Positions 51,913 to 64,000 of a stretch of DNA of 64,000 nucleotides are shown here, piece by piece. The DNA lies in contig NC_058373.1 in the NCBI RefSeq assembly GCF_018350175.1, forward strand, positions 70,804,001-70,868,000, given 5' to 3'. Each line of letters starts with the position of its first letter. The stretch's first letter is position 1. The position numbers and the translations under genes are program-made. Origin of the DNA: Felis catus (Eukaryota). The notes below the pieces were generated by a model that made no database searches, was not told where the DNA came from, and saw only the letters and a list, made by a program, of their open reading frames with translations.

Positions 51913-53569
51913 ACAAAAGCTTAGAAGAATGTTAAGAGAATCTTGAGAGAGCTCATCATGCTATGACACTACAAAGCTAATACAATAAGACATTAATTCT
52001 GAAGAAAACCAAAAATGTAAAATGTACCATAATGGATTTACTTCCTGCACTAGAAACAAATATTTCAGTCTTTAAGTTGTCCCTTTTTTTTTCCTCATAA
52101 GCCAGAAATTTTTTTTCTACATCTCTCTGGGGATTGACAATAGGGCTGCCTCCTTTCCCTAGAGGAACCTTGGTTTTACAAAATAAAGGACAATTCATAA
52201 TTAGCTTTGAGTTCAGGAGACACAGCCACATATTCATCTTACACAACTATTTATTTTTCCTAGTTCTTCTACCAAAGACACCTAATCACAGAAGGTAAAG
52301 GCAGATGCTGGCCTGAGAGACTAGCCTACCCAAAGGACTACCAAAGGACTACTGAGGTGAGAAGTCACTTTTGAAAATACACAAGGGGCCAATCTCTGGA
52401 AATACAGACTAGAAATATATAGAGAATAGGGTCCTCTCCAGAACTCCATTTCTATATTAAATGTTTTATGTAGGTGTTACTTGAATCCTTTCATCCAAAT
52501 TAAAAACTGGAAACAATTTCCAATATCTTTCCCACATCATCTTCCAGGCATCTTCCCTGATGAGACTCTGGCAACCACTGCACAGTTAATTGAACAAAAG
52601 AGAGTTTGTTTTTCAGTGAAGGTCTTGGAATCCACACTTTTGAGACTAAAATTGAGACTGAGAAGAAAGGACATAGCTACCAGTATGCAGAAATTGCATC
52701 ATGCTCCTACCTTTTTTTTCCCCTAGAGAAATAATCCTAATTTTTGTTATTGTTCTTAGCATCTTTGATGAAAGATCTGAAGGACAAAATCCAAATAGCT
52801 TTAATTCCTGGCAAAGTCGTGGTGTTTGCCACTAACTGAGGTAAGTATAGATGAATCAGCTTTCTAAAACATTAATTTTTCTAGCTTTTTCACAACTCCA
52901 AGATAGGTTCTTTTGAAAACAAGAGTCAGTTATGACAAGAACTCATAGAAGATAATGTTAAACAGGACTGAAAGCATTGTTTCCCTGATTCCATTTTAGG
53001 AGCTGTATGTACACATCACTCCAGGGGTCCAAAGAGACATAGCACTGAAGACAAAGTCACAATACAAATACCATTCACTAGGAAGTCTTAGCAGGTTATG
53101 AAATTAGGAAAAGCAAATCAGTTTTGAGATGTTTCATAAATGCATTTAAAACTAATGTTGGCTCTTCATGTCGTGTGTATATATATGTAAACACACACAT
53201 ACATATTTAACTCATGAGTAGCCACAGCTGGGAAAATCACAGTAATGGTTTTATCTGGTAAAAATAGATCGTATGATATATCACTGCAAGCTGAGAGAAG
53301 CAGACCCAGGCAGAAAACCTGGCCAAACCAAGATAATGGCATGGAGAAATTAAAAGTCCTGCAGGATATGTCAGACATAAACATACTTAATACCAACACC
53401 AGAAGACTCCTTGGGAAGAGCGAAGTATTTCTTTACCTTAAGTGAAGAAACCAAATCAAACTATTTTAGGTCTTTCCTCTTCCCTGAGTTGCTATACATT
53501 TTCTTCATTAGGTTGGCCACAGAAACCAGATCATTAAATGTTTGGGGAAATAATCAACTCAATCTAGAT

Positions 53570-53668
53570 CAGAACACAAACTCCTATTTCTTCTTAAATA
53601 CTAAGTCAATCTGTCTCACTGGCTGCTTCCTCCAGTTATATTTCTTCTTGGGCTTCATGGAGTACTTT
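53570..53668 (+). pseudogene. Short OR11-family coding relic (TM2 end to TM3)
   Basis: Translates QNTNSYFFLNTKSICLTGCFLQLYFFLGFMEYF, versus PNTLIDFLSETKTISFTGCFLQLYFFFSMGSTECF in the 55010 gene; 13/16 identity across the TK...YFF core. Confidence 0.75.
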
Positions 53669-54974
53669 TCTTCTAATAATACTTTTACAGAAATATGAAT
53701 TGAAGTAGCAACTGTCTGAAGTGGGCCACAAGAGCAGAGAAAAGCAGAGTTTCTCAAAGAAAATCTTCTGGGTCCATAGTGCTGCTTTACTGAGTAATTT
53801 AGTCTTGAGGGAAAGAAATGTATCAGGGCTACATCCACCCACCCTAGGACCTTGATCATGTAGCTGTATTTGATAACTAGAGTATTCAGATGGCACAGAC
53901 ATCAAGAAGTCCTAGGAAAGCAATTGGGGCAGCTCCTCGTTATGGTTCCCAGGTATCTTCTCAGTACTTTCATAGGTTATATTTACAACCTTTCCCTTTT
54001 CTCTGTGGACAACTGAAAGGAATAGGCTTCAATAGGACCCAAAGGAACCAGTGCATATACATTTTTAGTGTAGGCTGGGTCTACTTCAGGATCTCAAATA
54101 GGATGACTAACCATCCATCCTGCTTCCCTGGGCCTAATGGGTTTCCTGAATCACAAGGTGGTCAATGCTAAAATTGGGACAGTTCCAGACAAACAGGTAC
54201 ATTTGGTTACTCTAATCACATACCATATTGGTCTACTGCCTCCTCTTTGTAGTATGCTCTTACTCTCATCTGCCCCTAAAACTTCCCTCCCAGCTTCAAG
54301 GTCTAATGGAATGGTTCTTTCCCTACATACATGAAATGATTAAGGGCTTCTAGATAGAAATCTGAATTAAGATTCAACTGAAGGTATAATGATTTACTCA
54401 TTTAACAATTACATAGTACATATGGCCTAAAACATAATGTATTAGATACAGAAAAAGAATCAAAGATGATTAACAGTTGGTCTCTATTCTCAGAGGTTGA
54501 TAGTCTAGTAGGTAAGCTAAAACATGTAAAGAAATATCCATGATACAAAGTATAAGGTGTAAATTATTTAGTGCAGAAAACTACCAGAGATTTTAGAATG
54601 TTACTTCTCATTCATTCTAGCTTAAAAAAATAATGAGTCATTTGTTTAATGTTGATTCAGCAAATATGTGGGCATGGCTATAGAGGCTGCACTGCACTAG
54701 GCATTGATAATATAGAAATGAAAAACATAACTTCTGTCTCATAAAGCTTATACGCTGAAGAGATAGAAAAGCAAAAAGATAGAAAGAAAGAAGGAAGGAG
54801 CAAAAGACACCTTAGGTAGGGAGAACAGCATGTCATTTGGTGGAAATGCAACTATTCTTACTGGACATTGAGCTCAAAGGTGCACAGGGAAAGAGATGAG
54901 GTTAAATAAGTAGATAAAGATCAGATCATGAAGGACATTGTATGTTATGCTCAGTTGTTAGGATTTGGTCTCAT

Positions 54975-54997
54975 GGTGATGTCTCATTGCTGCACAG
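54975..54997 (+). promoter_or_regulatory. Predicted splice acceptor upstream of the OR11 coding exon
   Basis: GTCTCATTGCTGCACAG|ATTACATCCTAAATG, 12 nt before the ATG; the polypyrimidine tract is weak. Confidence 0.45.
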
Positions 54998-55009
54998 ATT
55001 ACATCCTAA

Positions 55010-55996
55010 ATGAACATCTCTGGATCAGGATCCTCTTCTGAGTCAGTGAGAGAATTCATCCTTCTGGGTTTTCCCTGCAGCAGGGAGATTCAGGTCATCC
55101 TGTTTATGTTCTTCTCCATCATCTACCTCCTGACTCTCATGGGAAATGGAGCCATTATCTGTGCTGTTTTTTGGGATCAACATCTCCACACCCCCATGTA
55201 CATCCTGCTTGGGAATTTTGCATTCCTGGAGATCTGGTATGTCAATTCCACTGTTCCAAACACACTGATCGACTTCCTCTCAGAGACCAAGACCATCTCT
55301 TTCACTGGATGCTTCCTTCAATTATATTTTTTCTTTTCCATGGGCTCCACTGAGTGCTTCTTTCTCTCAGCAATGGCCTTTGATCGCTATTTTGCCATCT
55401 GTCATCCTCTGCATTATGCCACAGTTATGAACAGACAACAGTCTTTCAACCTAGCAATTTCCTGTTGGGTATGTGGCTTTCTCTGGTATCTGGTACCTGT
55501 TATTCTCATCTCCCAACTGCCTTTCTGTGGTCCTAATGCAATTGACCACTTTGTCTGTGACTCAGGCCCACTGCTGACCCTTTCATGTGCTCCTGCCCCT
55601 GTGTCCAAGCTCATCAGCTATACTCTAAGCTCCCTCATCATCCTCCTTAGCTTTTTCTTCATCCTCATCTCCTATGCCCTGGTTCTACTTGCTGTGCTTC
55701 AGTTGCCCTCAGCATCCAGTCGGCATAAGGCCTTTTCAACATGTGGATCCCATTTGTCCGTGGTGCTGTTATTCTACGGGACGATTATGGTGATGCATGT
55801 GAGCCCTGGATCCAGCCATTCTACCCTGATGCCAAAGATCATGACCTTGTTCTATGCAATGGTGACTCCACTCTTCAACCCTTTGATTTATAGTCTTAGG
55901 AATAAGGAAATGAAAAATGCTCTCTGGAAAGTTCTGGAAAAGTTTAAAATGTCTTTAAAAGTCTTTGACAGCAGACCCAGCAGAAGTGTGAAATAA
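55010..55996 (+). CDS. Olfactory receptor family 11, intact 328 aa; probable OR11K-type (position of human OR11K2P)
   Basis: LLGFPCSREIQ, LHTPMYILLGNFAFLEIWY, MAFDRYFAICHPLHY, KAFSTCGSH, PLFNPLIYSLRNKEM are OR11G/H/K hallmarks; NIS sequon. The subfamily call rests on recalled synteny. Confidence 0.93.
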   Translation: MNISGSGSSSESVREFILLGFPCSREIQVILFMFFSIIYLLTLMGNGAIICAVFWDQHLHTPMYILLGNFAFLEIWYVNSTVPNTLIDFLSETKTISFTGCFLQLYFFFSMGSTECFFLSAMAFDRYFAICHPLHYATVMNRQQSFNLAISCWVCGFLWYLVPVILISQLPFCGPNAIDHFVCDSGPLLTLSCAPAPVSKLISYTLSSLIILLSFFFILISYALVLLAVLQLPSASSRHKAFSTCGSHLSVVLLFYGTIMVMHVSPGSSHSTLMPKIMTLFYAMVTPLFNPLIYSLRNKEMKNALWKVLEKFKMSLKVFDSRPSRSVK

Positions 55997-57289
55997 TCTA
56001 GTTTAGTATGATATGGGTGAAATGGCCACCCTTTTACTTTCATTCACTTGAGCAGTCATTCATTGGACATATAGTCACTGAAAGCCTCCTCCATATTAGA
56101 CACTTTGCTTGGCACTGGATTATAAAGATAATTAGGAAGATAATTCAGACCGAGTCTCTTCCATCAAATAACAATCTGGTAGGGGAGACAGACAAGTAAG
56201 AAGATAATCGCCATAAAATGCAATAAATGTTCTTATCAATATACATACAATTTGTCACAGAAACACAAAGAAAGAAATTTTGTGTTTTTTGCCTGGGTTT
56301 TGTGGTGGTAGAAATTAGTGTTAAGGAAAACTTCAGTCAAAGCAATACGAGACATTTGTGTCTGTGGTGGGAATAGGGAAAGCCTTATGTTTCTGTTCAA
56401 CTTCTAGCCATCTAGCAGATGATCAACATCAATTACACTGTGATGTCTTTGAAAGGATATGGGACTTTAAATCAGAAGGTCTGGATAGGAACTCATTCTT
56501 CCATCAATCAACTATGTGAATTTGGCAAGTCACTTAATTTCAACTAAAATTGGAATGGTAATTTCTATACAAGAGAACAATTAGTGTGTGGTTCTAATGA
56601 GATAATGAGACATCTCTTGCACATAGAAAGCATGCAATAAACGTTAAATGAATATGAATATTTATGAATTCTGTGTTTTCATGTTCTTTAACAAAATCAA
56701 AAGAAATCACAGACTCCGCATGTAAGTCACCTCCCATTACTATCGGCAAAGCCCTTTTACAACAGATCTCCTCGACTTTTCTTGGGACATAGAGTAGATT
56801 TCTTTCATTTACATCCAAAATACCCTGTAATTAAGTTTTTCTTTGGATTGGTTTAGTTTTGGTGTACATGCACACACAGTATTTTAAAGAATTAATCCTC
56901 AAACTGGCTTTTGTATATCCATGGGAATACATGAAGACTTTCCAAGAGGTACATAAGCATAGATAGGTCAATTTCCGGATCCTCCACTTACATATGTACA
57001 TTTTCCTAAATCTGCTGTGCCTGAGAACACACAGGTTGCTGGAGCTTCATACGGCCTATTTCGCACACTCACTCTTCTCCCATTTCAAATATAAAGCTTG
57101 CCTTTCACCTATTCTGATCTTAATATTAACATTGCTTAAGTATATATACTTCTAGTTAGGGCATTAAATGAGTCATCTGAAATACTGATCTCTCTACTGT
57201 GAGAGTGAGTGAACTTAACTGTCAGATAATAAATCCTTTTGTTAACAGGTGGTTTACCAATTATTTGTTTCCAACACAATTAAAGTAGA

Positions 57290-57700
57290 ATGGCTTTTTG
57301 GGGTTGTCCCAAAAGAAAAACTGAGGCAAGGCCTTGGGTGCAGGTAGTTTATTGGGAAGTAGATTCAGGAAACAGGAATGAGGACTAAGAAGAAGCTACA
57401 GTAATCACTGAGGGATTGATTCCCCTAGAACCTCTGAGAATTGTCTATCAGAATGGCATGAGGCTAAAACGTTTATCAAATAACTATGGTTGCACCTTTA
57501 CTCCTTATGTTTCCAAAATGTAGTAGCTGGTATGCTAAGCCAGCGACTGTGACTTCAGAAAATGCCCTGGGAAAAAAGCAGAACAACACATGGGTGTGGA
57601 CTGAGGGGGAAGGGATGCCATCAGGCTGATTCTGAGCTCCCAAGGGACTCTATGCAGCCAAAATCAGAGGTGGGTCAGGAAGCTCAAAAACATTCAGTAC
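57290..57700. mobile_element. Ancient MaLR (MLT1J/K-like) LTR
   Basis: CTGAGGCAAGGCCTTGGGTGCAGGTAGTTTATTGGGAAG resembles old MLT1 LTRs; boundaries approximate. Confidence 0.55.
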
Positions 57701-58809
57701 AGAGGCTACTTAATTGATTTGCTTAACAGACAATTACAAATAATTTTGTAGTTAACAAGCAAAATGTGGTAGTGGTAAGAACCAGGCTGTTTGAATTCAA
57801 TTCCTGGCCCCTCCCATCTGCATGACTCCATTATTTCATATTTAAAGAGGTAACAATAAGAGAACTTTCTTTATAGTGCTGTGGTAAGGATAAAGTGAAT
57901 TCATGTACTTGTCAGAGAACCTAGCAAAAGTGAATACTAAACTACCTCCATCATTATGATATTTTGTTCTTCTGTCTGCAGATAATTTATTCTCAGTACA
58001 GGCTCTCATTTGGAAGTTAATTTTCCATCCAAAAGAAAATTCCCAATTACTAGAATGTAGCTGAAAACATAGGCATTAGAACAGAGTTAACTAGTCAAAA
58101 CAATGCATACTCAGATCAGAGTGTGATAGAGTATAGAATATACCAATAATATAGGCATTCCTGAGTCACAAAGCAGAAATATTAGTGTCTTAAAGGAAAA
58201 GCAGACTTTCTCAGCAATACAACTGACAAAGACTATCTTAACATAGCTATGAGCAAATGCACATGCAAATGCTGAATCACCCATATTAAAAGAAAAAAGC
58301 CCTCATGTAAAAGAACATAAGACATGCAGAAAATTACCAGTATAGTCAACACATTGTAAAAACATTTATAAACAAATGTACCCCAGAATGAAACAGATTA
58401 TTATGTTATTATCATAGGCACTTATTTCATGAGAAGGAACTAGAACTTGATATCAGATTTCTACTTTCAGTAGTTTATTGTGTAATACTTATAGTTTAAT
58501 GAATACATTATATTGAAGATCATATACATTTCTTATTTTTATAGGTTGGACTTTCATAGATAATATGCTGTCTTCTTCAAATTCCTAGTTAACCTCTTTA
58601 CTTCAAATATTGCTATATATCATTCTTTCTCAACTAGGAGTATCTATCAAAATCAATAGGACCTTTCTACAAATTATATTTGCCTGAACCCTGTCCCTGG
58701 AGATTCTAATTCAGAAGACGAATGATGTGTCTTAACATGTCAATTTTGTAACAAAATCTCTATAGATGAGTCATGTTCACACAACCCAGTTAAGAAAAGC
58801 AATTTTACG

Positions 58810-59550
58810 AATCAAAACCACATTGAGATAACACCTCACACTGGTCAGAGTGGCTAAAATTAACAACTCAGGAAACCATAGATGTTGGCAAGGATGTGGA
58901 AAAGGGGGAACCCTCTTGCACTACTGGGAATGCAAACTAGTGCAGCCACTCGGAAAAACAGTGTGGAGGTTCCTCAAAAAATTAAAAATACAATTACCCT
59001 ACAACCCAGCAATAGCACCACTAGGAATTTATCTAAAGGATAAAGGAGTACTGATTCATAGGGGCACATGTACCCCAATGTTTATAGCAGCACTTTCAAC
59101 AACAGCNNNNNNNNNNNNNNNNNNNNNNNNNNNNNNNNNNNNNNNNNNNNNNNNNNNNNNNNNNNNNNNNNNNNNNNNNNNNNNNNNNNNNNNNNNNNNN
59201 NNNNNNNNNNNNNNNNNNNNNNNNNNNNNNNNNNNNNNNNNNGAGTGTATTATGCTAAGTGAAATAAATTAGTCAGAAAAAGACAGATATCATATATTTT
59301 CACTCATGTGGAATTTGAGAAACTTAACAGAGGACCATAGGGAAAGGGAAGGGAAAAAAAAGTTACAAACAGAAAGGGATACAAACCATAAGAGACTTAA
59401 ATACAGAGAACAATCTGAGCGTTTAGGGGGGTGGAATGTTTGGGGGGGCAGGGAAAATGGGTGATGGGCATTGAGGAGGGCACTTGTTGGGATGAGTACT
59501 GGGTGTTGTATGTAAGCCAATTTGACAATAAATTACATTAATAAGAAAAA
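58810..59550 (+). mobile_element. 5'-truncated felid L1 with internal gap
   Basis: ORF2 C-terminus ([36 protein letters not shown]), 3'UTR and AATAAA/A-tail. Confidence 0.92.
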
Positions 59551-60274
59551 AACTGTTTCCTGCTCCTATTCAAATCCTCTTCTTCCATTATTCTCATCAG
59601 AGAATAATGACCCTCTGCTGTAGCCCACACTGTCCACATTCCAAATCAGCTAAAATCCCTGTGGCTCTTTTTTAATACAAAGTCAATGCACTAATTGAAG
59701 AGAAAACCTAATCATTCTGTTTACAATACTCCAATTTTAAATTCTTTCTACAGAATCCTAAGCAACTACAGTTCTACCACTCTATTTGCTAATTTGTTAA
59801 ATTACTGCTAAAATCCATGCAAAAGACAGGACTCAATGTGTTCTCCATAAAGTTTTAGAAAAATTTTAGACTGCAGTTACCTATGAGAGTGGTCTCAATC
59901 TCTCTTCCCTTTCCTCTCTTCTGTTTCCTCTCTCTCACTCTCTCTCCACATATTCTCAGGGATCTCTCTGGCTTTTAGCAGAAAAAGAATTTGCCTTCAA
60001 GTTAGGCAGTTTCTAAAAATAGTCTTCTCCACTATACAGATACCATTTACTCTATGATAATTTTGTTGCTACATAACTAAACTTTTTCCTGACTCTCAAG
60101 CCAGAGTTCTATCTAATCATATCATGACCTGTATAAATGCTCTTACATACCAAAACAAAAACTCAATATCTATTATTTGTGAATCAGAGTTGTTTCCACT
60201 GCTAAATCTGGAAAAGATCATTTTTGTGCAGGGGATATGTGTATTCCTTTGCCCTGAAAGCCTTACAACCTTCA

Positions 60275-60609
60275 TGCTATGGACAGAATATTTGTGTTGC
60301 CCCAAAATAATACATTGAAATGCTAATCCTCAGTGTGATGGTACAGTATTGGGAGGTCACAAGAGTGGAGCCATCATGAATGGGATTAGTGTTCTTATAA
60401 AAATGACCCCCGAGAGATCCCTGGCTCTTCCACTGTGTGAGGATTCACAGAGACAACCATCTGTGAATAAGAAGCATGTCCTCACCAGACTCTGAATTTG
60501 CTGGCACCTTGGACTTTCCAGTTTCTGGATTTGTGAGAAATAGATTTCTGTTATTGATATGCCAGCCAGTCTATAGTAATTTTGTTACAGCAGGAAACAG
60601 ACTAAGACA
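60275..60609 (+). mobile_element. MaLR solo LTR (MLT1A-like)
   Basis: TGCTATGG...GACTAAGACA termini (TG...CA) with 5-bp TSD CTTCA at 60270-60274 and 60610-60614. Confidence 0.88.
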
Positions 60610-61208
60610 CTTCAGGAAGTAGATAGCTTTTTAGTAGCATGACCTTTCCAAGCATAAACCCCTCACATACAGCCTGGTTTTTCTGGTGTCATACAATGAC
60701 AAAACCACCCCACATTGGCAACTTTGTGCTATCATAAAATATGTTGAGAATTGCAAAACTCTCTACAGTTTTTAATTCTCTTCCTTGTAGGTATTATGGC
60801 CACACTCAGGATAGCATTTGTCAAATGATGCATTATCATTGTTGAACTATCTTTACCAAATAATGAGGTTTACATATCATTCAGTCACAGATTCTTAAGG
60901 TTGGAAAGAAACTTCTATATAAGCCCATTCAGCTATACATCTAATGCTCCACCCCAACAACTGGTTCTCTAACGTATTGAATTCCCATCCAGTGATGAGA
61001 AAGTTATTTGATTTCTGCCCAAGAAAAAAAAATCCTTGTAATTTTGTGTGGTGATGGTTATGAGTGTTAACTAGACTTATTGTGGAAATCATGTTGTGAT
61101 ATATACAAATATTGAATCACTATTTTCTACATGTGAAACTAACATGTTATATGTTACTTATGTCTCAATAAAAATATTTAAGAGGTCTTTAAAAATTTGG
61201 GGGGACTT

Positions 61209-61427
61209 GGGGCGCCTGGGTGGCGCAGTCGGTTAAGCGTCCGACTTCAGCCAGGTCACGATCTCGCGGTCCGGGAGTTCGAGCCCCGCGTCGGGCTCTG
61301 GGCTGATGGCTCAGAGCCTGGAGCCTGTTTCCGATTCTGTGTCTCCCTCTCTCTCTGCCCCTCCCCCGTTCATGCTCTGTCTCTCTCTGTCTCAAAAATA
61401 AATAAATGTTAAAGAAAAATTAAAAAA
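61209..61427 (+). mobile_element. Young felid SINE (SINEC_Fc)
   Basis: Canonical CpG-rich sequence nearly identical to the 19763 copy; TSD-like AAAAATT(T)GGGGGGAC. Confidence 0.95.
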
Positions 61428-61514
61428 AAAAATTGGGGGGACCTGGGGGGACAATACAATATATATGCTTATAAAATATATTAACAGGTCAAGGCTAAAA
61501 ATAAACTCATCTGA

Positions 61515-61724
61515 GGGGTACCTGGGTGGTTCAGTCATTTGAGCATCAGACTCTTGCTTTCGGCTTAGGTCATGATCCCAGGGTTATGGCATAAAGGCCT
61601 ATGTCAGGCCCTGTGCTGTGCATGGAGCCTGTTTAAGATTCTCTCTCTCCCTCTGCCTCTCTCCCATGCTCATGTACTCTCTCTCTCTTAAATAAAAAAA
61701 GTTAAAAATTTTTAAAAATAAATG
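61515..61724 (+). mobile_element. Older carnivore SINE
   Basis: GGGGTACCTGGGTGGTTCAG head; TSD AAAATAAACTCATCT at 61498-61512 and 61725-61739. Confidence 0.9.
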
Positions 61725-61994
61725 AAAATAAACTCATCTCAACACAATCACTTCATTTACTAAAATGGACAATTAACATCAAATTAATCTAAATCACCAT
61801 TATTTGTTTTTCCTGCTTTGAGCATAAGTCTTCTCACTGACAATACTGTAAAACAAATACTGAGACAACAATAAGGGAAAGAGATCCTATGACTTTGGGC
61901 AGACTTAAGGCAAAGCATATTAGAGAATGAAGAAAAGAAACTAATTGCAGTAGATGTGGGTAGTGACATTATTAATATTTAAACTAGTCCTCTA

Positions 61995-62064
61995 CACTGG
62001 GTGTTGTATGGAAACCAATTTGTCAATAAATTTCATATAAAAAATAAAAATAAAAATAAAAAAA
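61995..62064 (+). mobile_element. Extremely 5'-truncated L1 insertion (70 bp)
   Basis: CACTGGGTGTTGTATGGAAACCAATTTGTCAATAAATTTCAT plus an A-rich tail; TSD TAAACTAGTCCTCTA at 61980-61994 and 62065-62079. Confidence 0.9.
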
Positions 62065-62419
62065 TAAACTAGTCCTCTAGCTATTTGTTGTTTTAGGAAC
62101 TTGTAATAGATGGAGGACACAAGGTCTGAGGGGATGGATCATGAAAACAAAAAATTTTTAGATTGACATTACTTGAGAGAAGCAATTTGTTGACTTGATG
62201 GGTCTCTAATCTGCCTATTTCTTTTTCATTCTCTGGTTCATCCAAAGTAGCTTCCTTACTGTAAGGCTTTCTTCCTTACCCACTCCCATCCTCTCCCTTC
62301 CCCCTCCTAGCATCCCAAAAATTCACATCACAGCTAAACCACCCTTTCCATCAAGGTTCTTTATACACAGTTTCTCCTACCTAGAATGCCCTCCTCATTC
62401 AGGTGAGTTCTACTGTTCT

Positions 62420-64000
62420 CTTTGAACCTCATGATAACTACAAACCCAAAACCTATGACAGACACACAAAAACAAAGAGAAAGAAAGCCAAACAAAACAC
62501 TATGATACTCATCCATTACAAAGAAAGAGGGCAAGAGAAGAAGAAGAAAAGAACAAAAAATAACTACAAAAACAATCAGGAAACAAATTTTAGATTAAAT
62601 GATAATAAGTACATGCCCATCAATAAAGACTTTAAATCTAAATGGAGAATCTTAAATTCTCCAATCAAAAGACATAGAGTGGTGATATGGATAAAAAAAA
62701 AAATAAGACCCATCCATATACTGCCTACAAAAGATTCATCTCAGCCCTAGGGATGCAAACAGACTGAAAGTGAAGTGATGATAAGACATTCACCATGCAA
62801 ATAGAAGTGGAAACAAAAGCTGGGGTAGTAATACTTAGACCAGACAAAATAGACTTTAAAACAAAGAGTGTAACAAGAGACAAAGAAGGGCATTAAATGA
62901 TAAAGGGATCAACCTAGCAAGAGGATAACAATTTTAAATATCTGTGCACCCAACACTGTAATATCTAAATGCATAAAGCAGATATTAAGAGACATAAAGA
63001 GAGAAATTGATGGTTATAAAATAAAAGTAAAGCAGATATTAAGAGACATAAAGAGAGAAATTGATGGTTATAAAATAAGAGACTTTAACATTCCATTTAC
63101 ATCAATGAATAGATCATTCAGACACAAAATTAATAAGGAAATAATGTCTTTGAATAACACATGCACCAGATGAACGGAACATATACATGTAAAATATTCG
63201 ATCCCAAAAGAACAGAATATATGTTCTTTTCAAGTGCACATGGAAAATCCTCCAGATTAGATCACATATTAGGTCATAAAATAAGCCTCAATAAATTTAA
63301 GAAGATTGAGATCATACCATGCATGATTTCTGAGCAAAATGCTATGAAACTAGAAATAAATCACAAAAGAAAAAAAAACTAAGAAAAACACGAACACATG
63401 GAGACTAAATGATACTAAACAACCAATGGATCAATGAAGCAAAGAAGAAATCGAAAAATACATGGAGACAAATGAAAATGAAAATACAACAGTCCAAATA
63501 ATCATTGAGACACAGCAAAAAGAGGTTCTGCGAGGGAAATATAAAGCAAACAGGCTTACCTCAAGAAACAAGAAAAAACTTAAACAGTTTAACCTTACAC
63601 CTAAAGGAACTAGAAAAAAAAGAAAAAACAAAGTCAAACATGAGTAGAAGAAAGGAAATACTAAAGATCAGAGCAGAAATTAATGATGTAAAGACTTAAA
63701 AAAACAACAGAAAAAAATCAACAAAACCAATAGCTGGTTTCCTGGAAAAAAAAAAAAACTAAACTAAACTAAAAACCCTTAGCCAGGCTCATCAAGGAAA
63801 GAAAAAGAAAAGACCTAAATAAATAAAATCAGTAATAAGAGATAAATGACAACTGACACCTCAGAAATACAGAGGATTGTGAGAATACTATGAAAAATTA
63901 TATGCCAACAAACTGGTCAATCTAGAAGAAATGGATAAATTTCTAGAAATGTATAACCTCCCAAAACTGACCCAGGAAGAAATAGAAAATCTAAACGGAT
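62420..64000 (+). mobile_element. Decayed L1 (ORF1 end, spacer and ORF2 endonuclease region), running off the window end
   Basis: LNSPIKRHRVVIWIKK, YMFFSSAHGKSSRLDHILGHKISLNKFKKIEII, LTLHLKELEK fragments with frameshifts. Confidence 0.92.

Noticed and set aside
58694-58711. TCCCTGGAGA plus TAATT composite motif
   Set aside because: It lies in a MER5-like transposon remnant (GAGATTCTAATTCAG) 3' of the OR11 gene, with no independent support for function.
591-61427. tRNA-like A/B-box heads (GGTGGCTCAGTTGGTTAAG)
   Set aside because: All are heads of tRNA-derived carnivore SINEs, not tRNA genes.
73-63699. The many 60-150 aa ORFs in the track
   Set aside because: They map to L1 or SINE sequence, microsatellites, N-gaps, antisense or alternative OR frames, or AT-rich noise; none has independent coding evidence.

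Overview
Mammalian (felid-like, judged from SINEC_Fc-type SINEs and felid L1 3' ends) genomic DNA from an olfactory receptor (OR) cluster. It holds four intact single-exon class II OR ORFs: OR4M1 (-), an OR4H-like gene (-), OR4Q3 (-) and a divergently oriented OR11-family gene (+). From recall, this order resembles human 14q11.2 (OR11K2P-OR4Q3-OR4H12P-OR4M1). The rest is mostly decayed L1, L2, MIR, MaLR and Tigger elements plus many carnivore SINEs, with seven N-gaps. The main non-routine observations are: (1) a hidden ENAH (Mena) retrocopy fragment (CpG-decayed 5'UTR plus EVH1 N-terminus) that stops exactly at the recalled exon-2 end inside an old L1; (2) a ~196-bp diverged direct repeat flanking the OR4H-like gene; (3) a ~100-bp OR11 coding relic upstream of the intact OR11 gene; (4) three 5'-inverted (twin-primed-like) retroelements. 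I found no convincing novel multi-gene system, CRISPR array or true RNA gene. Orthology and repeat-family names come from recall and were not database-checked.
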